From Vermamoeba vermiformis (taxonomy: Eukaryota): 64,000 bases of DNA. The notes beneath the pieces were generated by a model, which did not search any database, was not told where the DNA came from, and saw only the letters and a program-made list of their open reading frames with translations. The stretch covers positions 248,001 to 312,000 of the forward strand of contig JBEWZL010000302.1 of assembly GCA_045837725.1 (NCBI GenBank). Reading direction: 5' to 3'. The translations under genes were made by a program, and so were the position numbers. Below, piece by piece: positions 12,274 through 23,234 of this stretch (positions are counted from its first letter, which is position 1; each line of letters starts with the position of its first letter).

Positions 12274-12981
12274 TTGAATCTGGATCAAGTCTTTCTGCTA
12301 TCTTACAATATCTGTATAATTTAAATAAATTAGTACGAATATATTACTACTTAATTTGTTCGTAAAACGAGAGATAGGTTGCGATGCAATTTTATAAAAT
12401 GATTAATTATTGTTATAATGGAAATCTTTCCTGATCTAATCGATTTACAGGTGATCGTTCGAAATAATAGTTTTCATGCGAATCGAAAATATTGGTGCAT
12501 CAATTGATTTAATTATTGGCAAATCTTACGAGATCCTCAGATCAGATCTGAAGCGTCAAACAGTGCTTACCCGCACTAATCGTGCGACACGTTGCAAATA
12601 ATACTAAAATGCATGCCCTTAAGTGTTGGAGCAATGAGAGCGATTATTTTTTCTACACGTTACAGCAGAACACACTCTAAGCCTGGCCGCCGAGTAGACG
12701 GTTGTCGCTTTTCTCCGGCCCTCAAAGATCAATCCAATTTAAAGATAACGCCACTAACACCTTTTGGTACTCTACATGGCTGAGGTAAGTAGTCCATCCG
12801 ATTTGATCCGCGCCACAATTTTTTTAAATTCAAAAATTAATTGCTGCCGTACAAACTCATTCTCTATGACCAACCATTTAATTTAAAATTATTTACAACT
12901 ATTAAAACATTAATGATACACTATTTACAAGCGGCAATATGCTATAAAATATTGCAAAATGGTGCTCGCAAGCTGCACCTC

Positions 12982-15900
12982 TTACATCTTCTTCAAAGTC
13001 AGGCTGTAATATAACTTGCTGCCGTCTTTGATTTGCTGCAACTTGGCTTGCACAGACAGCAACGAGCCGTGCTTGTCTTGTGTCAAAACCGGACCAGCAG
13101 CGCAGGCTTGAGCAAATTCAGCGATCGATGGGTAGTGAGGGATCAAAATCAACACCTTCTTGCCGACAATTTCAAACAACTTGTAGCCGAATGTATCGCA
13201 CGCTACCTTGTTGAATGCTTGAATATTACCAGCTTCATCTGTTGCCAAAGAAGATTAGAACTTGCTCCAGGATGTATAGCGATCGTTGAATACTCACCAA
13301 AAATGATCGCTGAGTCCTTGGACTTCTCAGCAGCCTCGCGAGCTTGAGTCAACACGTTCTTCACTTCGTCCTTGCCAGGACTAGCAGAGCCTTCACAAGG
13401 CTTCAATTTGAACAGCCACATGATCAAGTCGTGGCCAGACGATGACACTTCACGATCTTGAATTTCAAGCTGAACTGTCACGGTGGATCTGTCCCGTTTG
13501 CGAACTGTGTCAGTTGTGTGGATCACGGTGTACTCTTCGGACTCGTTGTATTGGCCCTCCAAAGCAGTGTAATACATCATCTCCTTAGACAAGACCTTGT
13601 TCACGGGCAAGCCGAGCAACTCCGAGGACTTCCAACCGGACAATTGTTCCCCAGCGTTGTTCACCCACTGGATCTCGCCGTTAGAATTGGCCACAATGAC
13701 CGCCTATTGATTATGTTAGTCATGCACCTTCGATCACGATATTTTCACACGTACCTCCGTCGTTGTGGCGATGCCAAGTTGCCGAATCACTTGTTCGCTG
13801 AGTTTAGTCTCTTGGCGCTGGGAAATCACCAAGTTGACACTTCGCTTGGTCTCAGCCTCAGCAACAAGCAAGTCCCAGTTAGTCTCGTGCAAGAGAATCA
13901 AATCATCGTCCTCGTCCTTGAACTTCACTGTGACATCACCGTACTCGGTAGCAATTCGCTCGGTGAAGTCTGCGAGGGTCGTCAAACGGAATTTCATCAT
14001 CCGAAGATCACCATTGAATGTGCACTTGAATGCAATCGAATCTGCGTCTATCAAGATAGCGGTTAGAAAATAATAATAATCTCGGAGAATTTAATTCTTC
14101 ATTCATGAACAGTTCCGTATCCAATTAATTAAAACAGTAATATTCTTACCTCGTGTGTTTGAGGCGCGGGGCGGGGTCGGATCCCGGTAATTAGCGACGG
14201 GTTTAGCTTCACGGAGTTCACAAATAGCCTTGGCTAACTTCTTCAAATGCCCAAGCTTAGTAACGCCAATCTCCTTCAAGTCATCCTCTTCCAGATCTAG
14301 GATCTCCTTGCCTGAGATCGAGTTCTCAATGAAAGAGCCCTTGTAATGACCTAGATCTTGGCACTCGAGCCATTTAGTGACATCGGCAGTGGTCCACGAG
14401 GCAGGAGCTAAAGAAGTAAACTAAAGTTAAAATTTACCGGCGCGCGACAACCAACGTTGTAAAGAGCTATTTACGTCATTCCATTGACTAATGGCAAGCG
14501 AGATATTTTTTTGATAAACTTTGCGTACCTTTTGCACTGAGTTGTTGCAACACACGCTGCTTGTTCTTCATATCCATCGATTCTTTGATCTCTTGAGTGC
14601 TGATGATGAATTGCAAGACATGTCCGGTGTCTGCGTTGTAGATCAACTCTTCTCGCAACTCTTCTGCCAGATCGGAAACTGCAGCGAAATTAGAGTCATG
14701 ACTATCGCTAAAATTAGTGATAGACATACCTGGACTCAATGCCTCGTAAATTGCATCAGGAGCGCGCTTATTCATCACATCCATCGGCGCAGAAAGCGAC
14801 GCGGGCTTGAAATCCGAGATCTGGAATTTCAAGCGAATGTTTTCGTGAACTTTCGCAAACCCACCAGGAGAACCACCTGATAATGGCCCTGAGGCACTCG
14901 ATTCTTCGAAGTCTGAATCAGAACTGCTATCGACTTGATCTCTCGCCCTGTCAATGTGTATAAGTTTTTTACCGACATTAATTAATTGCCACATTTGCCC
15001 TATAAGGCATATGCACGTAAAACTTACATGAACGGTGCGATAACCAACGTGTTCGAAACTTGTGTTGCAAGTGCAAACATGTGGTAGAGGATCATGGATT
15101 TGATTCGTTGTTTGTTCGCTTGAATGACTTGAGGCATGCTTGATGACACTACATAGCTCGCAGTGATGGTGTTGCCGTCGTTGCTGACTCGTTTGGCCAT
15201 GTTGAACGACGATGTGACTTCTTCCAATAGGTCTACCATGTTGACACTCACAGTCGGAGCAGGTTCAGTAATGCTTTCAGCACCAGCTACATCGCGAGGG
15301 TTAAGTTGATCGTACATCTCTAAGAAGTTCGTCAATGCCTTTGTGAGTGGGGTTTTGACAGCCGGATCAAGATCGGCGAGCTGAATCTGTTGACCGATGC
15401 CAGCAAAGCACGATCGGATGATGCCAAAGGTCACTGAATTCATATCTCCTCCTGTGCTGCGCTTATACTGTGCGATTTCACATTAATTTCATGAAATCAT
15501 ATTGATAAAATTTGGGGACTTACCTCAGCAAGCGAGGAACTAAAATTAGTTCGGCCGCTAATTCGTCGTTCTACTGCTGGCTTTCGCTCTTTGTCGCTAC
15601 TGCCCACGCTGTCACGTCTATTGACTCGAGAGCCAGTGCGACCTCCTTGATCGATTGAGTCTCGACCGGACACTCCCTCATCTGTCGTGGTTAGTATACT
15701 TTGATTTAATATCGCAGTCAGCAATCATACCTTCTTCGGGCTTAATCTTTTGATACAGCGAGTATAACTCGTCTTCATTCATTACTAAGCTGAAAGCGCG
15801 CAGATCCACAAAGAAATCCAAGATCGCCGGTTGCGGCGTGTAGTCGTACTTTTGCTTTTGAAATCGCAGTACTTGGCCGAACACCTTAGCAAGTAGGGCC

Positions 15901-17885
15901 ATTTTTTCCCAGTTAATGTATCCTTCTTCGTTGGTTTCCAATTCTTCAATGTAGATCAGATCGCGCATTATCAAACCTGAAATTGAATCAAAATTAGCTC
16001 CCGGCAACGACCATGTATTCTATTGTAAATACCTAAAATAGGAATACCGCCCTCCGTGGTGGCATCCAAGGCGTCGCGATATGGTTTGTAATTGCTTGTG
16101 TGGTTCAAAAACGCGATCAAGCTTTTGTGTAGCGTTTGGATTGGTGGCGGCAATTCTTTCCAGCTGCGATGCAAGTTGCTGATAACAGACATCGATAGGG
16201 TTGAGTAAAGTGCCATGAGTGAGGAGTAGTTGCCGTTTTGTCGGAGAAGCTGAATAACGAAATTACTCGATCTGCAAGATCTAGCGATTCGGAATTATAC
16301 TTACGTCCATCAATTGAATAAATTTAATCAAATATTGCGCCCTAACCTTATAATTAGGGGCCATCAATATCTGCGTTGCGGCCCAGTAGCTGACCTATCG
16401 AGATTGAATTAATTTACCTTTCATGAATCTGGACAGCAACGAATTTACCTCGTTAAAGTGATCAACAGACTTCTGCAAATTACTCTTGTTATCAGGGTCC
16501 AGTGATTTCTTCTCAAAATTCTTGTGGTAGAACTCGTCGATGGAAATCCGCTTGAACATGAAGTGATCTACGAGAGTCAACTGGCGTGCAACCTCCTCAA
16601 GAGGAGCGTCCAAGAACTCGAATCGCTTGCGATTAGGACCAGGAGAACTAGCAACCAATCGACGGGGAGATTCTTGTGTACTGTCTTTCTGTTTTGGGAA
16701 GAAATTCCGTGAGTTTAATTCGGGTTGGAGTTAATAATGGATCCAGTTTACAACACAGTACTAAAATATTAAAGTGCATACCATAGCTTGGCGGATAAGC
16801 GCCGCGCAGCTCTTTCCTTGTTCTCCGTGTTGCAACTCCAACTCCGCCAGGAAGGAGTTAAACTTTGTTTCCCACGTGGAATCACTACGCCAAGCGGAGT
16901 ACTTGCATTCGATGAGCTTCTTGATGATATTTAAGATGCTGATTACGAAATTAGTTCTCGATCCACTTGTGTCACCGCAATTACGAAACTTTCAGTGAAG
17001 CATTACTTACCGAAGTCTCAATGTGACTTCTTCGTCTTTTGGAGGGCTCCTGTATCTGTAATAACTTGTTAAGGAAAGGTACCTTAATAAGTGGCCACAC
17101 GATTCAATTGGCATCAGAAATTACAATTAAAAATTTGGTATAAAACGCTTCAAAATAAGAATTATTCGGTGCTTAGGATACATTGAGATTAATAATTCCG
17201 TTATTTCTTGCGGTGTCGTCCAATAGTCCGTCGTCAATAAGAAGGTGTCGATGAAAGAGCGATCTGGTTCATAAATTTTAATACGCGATCTTAAAATTAA
17301 TCTATCTGGGTATATACCTTGAAACTTGAGCAGTAACTGCAATAGTCCAGGAATGGTAGCCTTGGTTAGTACTTTGTCTTCCCAGATCAGCGGCCCTTTG
17401 CCCTGTAATGAAAGATCAATTTTGGTTACTGAATATTTTGTCGACAACCAAGGAATTGGTACCTGTCGTTCTGACGTTGATTGAGAGCTCGACAGACTCT
17501 CCTTTTAATAAGATTAAGTAAGCGTCAAGAATGCATCTACAATTTACAGCATTCGCAAATAATGAAAACTCACCTCCAAACTAGAAGTTTCATCGAATGA
17601 GGTCAAAAAGCTCATGGGGGGTGATAAAGCTTCTTTCTTTCCCGAGCTGACCTTTAGTTTAATCTTATCTTGCGATTTGTGCTTGGATTTACTGTTTCGA
17701 AGTTTTTCGGATGGCTTTGGGCTGACTGCTGGAGGTGGCGATGTCACAGCTGGCTTTGGTAAGGCATTCGAAGTCGTCGTGGCTGTCAAAACTTTACTCA
17801 TGTCTCTTGATTTTGATGGTGACTGCGTCCGTTCGTTGTTAGGACTTGTGCGAGGGGACAATGGATCCGGTGTCTTGTTCGACAT
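12982..17885 (-). CDS. RasGEF (REM + CDC25) fused to a degenerate histidine-kinase-like region, SAM, PB1 and two PAS domains
   Basis: REM: FIDTFLLTTDYWTTPQEI. CDC25: EEVARQLTLVDHFMF, GNYSSLMALYSTL, NYKPYR...IPILGLIMRDLIYIEE...INWEK. SAM: WTTADVTKWLECQDLGHYK...DLKEIGVTKLGHLKKL. PB1: KFKDEDDDLI. PAS: NNAGEQLSGWKSSELLG and FNKVACDTFGYKLFEIVGK. Exons join in frame; the exact splicing at 14410-14530 is ambiguous. Confidence 0.82.
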
Positions 17886-18333
17886 TCGGATCTGTGGTAC
17901 TCGTATTGCGATCAGTTGGAAAAATTAAAATTTCAATCGCGGCCGAAAAACCAAAAATGAAAGTACACAAAGGACGGAAAAAATCTCCCTTCACAACCAG
18001 ATCCCGAAATTGGTCACGTTTATAGTTCACTAATACGGAGTCTGAACTAATTAACCGGTGGGTAGTGTATGGATTCTCAGTCGCCAACGATAAACTGTAA
18101 ACGTTGGGCCATTACTAAATCGAGACCGGACAAATAATTGCAAAGCTTGGATAGATGCTTCACTGAATGCGGCGGAACTTCACTGAACGGATAGAAAACT
18201 TTATCCTTATTTTCATTACTTCGGGCATTGTCAGAAACAAAAACGACTTCTCCATGGCATATTTTATCAATTGAAAACGAAGAAGTTGGAATAGCAACTA
18301 CATCCACCGTACACATCTGTAATTTTTATCAAC

Positions 18334-20232
18334 ATGTCATTATTTAGCAAGAAGAAGGATAAAACCGACAGTTCGAAGGACAAGAAGGATAAGAAGAGTT
18401 CAACTGACAAGAAAGCCCCTAAACTCTCCACATCCTCCAAGCATCCTTCGAGTAATGACTTGTCATTCAAAAAGGCCAACTTGGATCAAAAAGGTAATTA
18501 TTAATACAATTTGCTATCATAACGCACTTCGTGTGCCTAAATTAGTAAAGAGAAGCTCGTTTTCTCCGCTTCGATCTGAAGTTCTGGCCACAAACGCCTA
18601 ATTGATGGCCTAAAACAGTTTATTTAACTCTTAACCGACAGATCCAAAGGATTGGAACCCAGACGAAGTCGCCGACTGGTTGGATCTGCTGGAAATCTCT
18701 GAAACAAAGGAACTCTTCGTTGACAACGCAATTGGAGGCAGCGAGCTGTTGGAACTCACGGACACGGACTTGCGCTCCATGGGCATCGCGAAAGTAGGCC
18801 ACAGAAAGAAAATTCTTTCAAAGGTCGCTGAAATGAAGGGCATCAAGCTCGCTGACAGCAGCAAGACCAGCATGACTACTTCGATGAGCGACGATACGAG
18901 CTTAGATGTGGGTAAGTTTTTGCATATCTCCTTATTTAGTAAACTTACAAAGCTTTGCGGAAATTCTAACCTGTCCCTAGATCAAATCCTCGTCAAGTGC
19001 TTCCTTAAAGATGAGGTGCGTACGATGAAGATTCGAATGAACGCGCTGTTCGACGAGCTGCAGAAAGACATTCAAGAGATGTACAAGAAGAAACTGACAA
19101 TCAAGTACAAAGATCAAGACGGCGATGAAGTGACCATTGCTCGCGACGAAGACTTGAATGAAGCTATTAGAACGATCCCCAACGGTCCGCGACGCATTTT
19201 CAAGCTCTATTTGTACGAGCGCAAGTCCAGATCTGACGGCGAGAAGAGCGATGACAGCGGCAGCAAGTCTCGTGCTCCTGAAGCCAATGCTGCGATGTCA
19301 ATGATGTTCTCACTGTTCGACTCGCTCTTGGACGCCTGCATTGTCATCAACGACAAGTGCATGGTCCAATACGCGAACAAGTCGTGCGAGAAGTTCACCG
19401 GCTTCAGAGCCCGCGAGATGGTTGGTCGCAACGTCAACATGCTGATGACCGATGAGCACAAGGGCTCTCACGATGCCTATGTCAAGTCATATCTTAAGAC
19501 TGGCCAAGCTAAGGTCATCGGGCAAGGCCGTGATGTTGTTATTCAGCGCAAGGTTAGTAATTACCCAATAAGGAAAAAATTCAATTTTTGTGGATTTAAA
19601 TAATTTAAAACATTGACTTACGAGTTAATTAGGACGGAACTATATGCCCTTGCCGTTTGGAAGTCACTGAAAAGAACATGGGTGACACGCGCTTGTTTGT
19701 TGGTATGCTGAAAGAAGTCAGAGAAACAGTGGCTGCCAAATCATTGTTGCAACAAGAACGTGAAGTGCTTGACAACTTGATTGTCGCTGCTGTCGTCATT
19801 GATGCTTCGGGCACGATTCATTGCTTCAATCACGCGGCAGAGGCATTCTTTGGGTTCAAGCTCGTTGAAGTTGTCGGAAAGAATATTTCAAATTTAATGC
19901 CCTCGCCATATAAGGAGGTAAGTTCGCAGCGAGTGTTGTGTTAAATTTAATTAACTGAGCGGCGAACAAATCGCGCTTCAATTTCGTTGAGATATGATTT
20001 GTGCCTCAGTTTACAACATTTACTGATCGAAATTCAATTCACGCAGAAACACAATGAATACTTGCAAAATTACGTCAAAACTGGCCAAGCGAAGATTATC
20101 GGCATTGGACGCGATGTCGTGATTCAGCACAAAGACGGATCTCTTAAACCTGCCCATTTGTCCGTGACTGAGAAGCGCGATGGTGATAAGAGATATTTCA
20201 CTGGCATTCTCCAAGAGGCCAAGAACAAATAG
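18334..20232 (+). CDS. SAM-PB1-PAS-PAS protein, paralogue A (FixL-like heme PAS)
   Basis: Starts MSLFSKKKDK. SAM WNPDEVADWLDLL...LRSMGIAKVGHRKKIL; PB1 IKYKDQDGDEVTIARDEDL; PAS1 GRNVNMLMTDEHKGSHDAYVKSYLKTGQAKVIGQGR; PAS2 [30 protein letters not shown]. Stop TAG at 20230-20232. Confidence 0.9.
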
Positions 20233-20648
20233 ACGACCTTGATGCGCAAATTTAACAATTTTGTAATTCTAATGTTAATACCAATGTACTATAGCAGCTA
20301 TAGAGCTTTTTAAACCATAAAATACGATCATTCTCAATTAGCAGTTGTTACGATATGGAATTTAAAATCGTGCAGCAAAAAATTTACTTTGACATTGCCG
20401 TTGAAAGGCGGAATAATAAACTTTTTCCTTTTTTTGGATCCGTGCGTTTCACGAACGATTGCCGGCATCAGATCATTCGAATATTATGACAATGTACCTC
20501 GATAATCTTACGGTTCAATGATTATGCCGGGCGAAAGAATTCTTCCTACGGGTTGATCCGTTGATGCTATTAATGGACCTTCTTTACGATATTAATAATA
20601 ATACAAAATTGAAATAATACACAAGCTATGAGTCTGATGACTAGCAAC

Positions 20649-22454
20649 TTATTTCTTGGGCTCTTGCAAGACACCAGTAAAGATCTTCTTGTCCTTATCG
20701 CGCTTCTCAGTGACAGACAAAAAGGCGGGCTTCAAACTGCCGTCCTTGCATTGAACGACAATATTACGACCGATACCAATGATTTTAGCCTCACCAGTCT
20801 TGTTGTAGTTCTCGAGGTACTTATTATGGGCCTAAAGAATCAAATAATAGATCAGCACTTGCTTTGGAGCTTCGTATCGCACAAAATAATAGAGCATACC
20901 TCTTTGTGCGGTGAAGGCATCAATGAAGAGACGTTCTTGCCAATAACCTCGACGAGTTTGTAGCCAAAGAAGTTCTCAGCGCTCTTGTTGAAGCAGTTAA
21001 TCAAGCCAGTCTCGTCAATGACCATTGCAGGCACTAATAACCCGTCCAAGACTTCACGTTCTTGTTGCAAGATGGATTTAGGAGCCACTGTTTCTTTGAC
21101 TTCCTTCAAAAATCCAACAAATAAGCGCATCTCGCCAACAACTTTTTCAGTGACTTCCAATCGGCAAGGAGCAATAGATCCGTCCTATATAAAGAATTGT
21201 TAATTATATGCACCCATATTTAAATCTCAATGAGTGGCTTACTTTGCGTTGGAATACGACATCGCGACCAGTTCCGATGACTTTGGCTTGGCCAGACTTA
21301 AGATAGCCTCGCAAGTAGTTGTCGTGATAAGACTTGTACTCGTCAGTCATCAGAATATTAACGTTACGGCCAACAATTTCTCTGCTTCTGAATCCAGTAA
21401 ACTTCTCGCCCGATTTGTTCAAATATTGAACGATACCCTTCTCGTTGATGACGGTAACAGCGTCGATAAGAGTGTCGAACAAAGAGAACATGAGAGATAG
21501 ATTGGCGTTGTTGGAAGTCGCTGCTTCGCTACGAGCACCACCTGCCGCATCTCCTTCTCGGCGCTCATAAACGAAGATTTTGAGCGTGCGAACACCGCTG
21601 GGCAATGATTTAATGGCTTCAGAGAGGTCCTCGTCGCGACTGATGGTTACTTCATCGCCATCGGAGTCCTTGTACTTCAAGCGGAATCGTTTCTTGCCGA
21701 ACATATTGCCGATCTCTTGGCTCAACTCTTCGAAGCGCATGCCAGCTTTGGCTTTGAGAGTACGAACTTCATCTCCGCACAATGCCTTAATGAGTACTTG
21801 GTCTGTTTAAAGGAGTACGTTAAGCAAGCGCCAAAAATAGCGGATTTACTAGATAAACTTTAACTTTTCGATTAAGGATTATGGAACCGTAAATTCAGCA
21901 CAACAATTTAATACAGATTTTATCCGATTTTAGTTTGTTTGAAAATCCACCTACCTTGGTCTAGGGAAGTATCCTCCGAGGTGTTTGTTTTTTCGGTACG
22001 AGCTCCGCCCTTCAATTCAGCAACTTTTTGCAAAATTCTCTTGCGTTGACCAACTTTCGTGATGCCCATATTCTTCAAGTCAACATCAGCCAGATCCAAC
22101 AACTCGCCACCAGAGATTTCGTTTTCAATGAACACTGCGCGAGCATCGGAGATGTCCAGAGTATCGAGCCAGTTAGCAACATCACCGACAGTCCATTGAC
22201 CGGGCTCTATTATTAATTGCACAATTTGTTAAAAATTTAAATTCATCAACGTGTCAACGTCCACTAGATTTGATTTTTTTCGACTGCAATGACAACTTAC
22301 CTTTGTTGCGGAGTGATTCCTTCTTTTCTGAAATACTCTCGCTGTTGTTGAGACTGCGCGAGCTTCCTTTAGGCACGACTTCAGGGGTTTTGGATGAGCT
22401 CTTGCTGGAGGACTTGCTGCTTGAAGTCTTGTCTTTCTTCTTGAATAGCGACAT
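20649..22454 (-). CDS. SAM-PB1-PAS-PAS protein, paralogue B (FixL-like heme PAS)
   Basis: Starts MSLFKKKDK. Same domain order and matching intron positions as paralogue A. PAS1 GRNVNILMTDEYKSYHDNYLRGYLKSGQAKVIGTGR; PAS2 [30 protein letters not shown]. Confidence 0.9.
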
Positions 22455-23234
22455 TATCAGTGACTATTGGTGTGACGTGTGGTGGGTAACTTGATGGAAT
22501 TAAATTAAATAAACAAACGTAGTTTCTGATTTTTGGTGTGCAATCAATCTTACACAACCAAGTAAACGCCATAAAAGGAAACTTTTTGAATGAGATTTAA
22601 CGAGATTTGACTCTGCTGGCCCTGTTCTATTGACCTTCAATGTCGCCCATTCGCATTGTCTCCTCAAGATTTTCAATGCCATCGAGATTTAGGGTGCCGT
22701 AAATTTTTGCAAAATTCAGTTTTACCAAATTGTTCCTGAATTGACACTCCATTAGACAACCACAAGCTCCATAGCGTTGCACGATAGTAAATTACTCTCG
22801 GATTAGTCTCCTCGCAGCAATCATTCGAATTGCCAAAGCAAGTCAATCTGTCCAACCTCGCGCGATCCTCAGCAAGGTTTACATCGATTAATCTCGTATT
22901 GTTTGAAAAATGTTATTCCACTATAAGTATATTTGCCTGCTCAATATCTTGACGCTCGTAAAACTTAAAATTTGAACGAGATGAGTTTCCGGGTGGAGAT
23001 CTGCCTTTGTATCTCTCAGCGGTGAGTATAATTAACTGAATACTAATTATTAGTAAGGATTATGCAGATCATATTAACGAGGTGCGTATTGATTGGTATT
23101 AATGAACGGTAAACCTGGTTTAAGAGCCGATAAACTCGGTTTTCGGAAAATTGGAATTTAAATTTGGTTTATCCTTTTAGAGACTATGAATAGCCGGTAT
23201 AATGACCTATTTCAAAAGCCTCTATAATTATCTC

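Noticed and set aside
4999-12288. Treating the nine or so minus-strand ORFs as separate genes or as a chromovirus-like retroelement
   Set aside because: Exons join in frame through canonical splice sites, and there is no RT, integrase or LTR.
13203-13300. Apparent frameshift between the two PAS ORFs of the RasGEF
   Set aside because: Explained by a normal intron (TTTG|GTGAGT...CTAAT...CAACAG|AT) giving AIIFDEAGNIQ.
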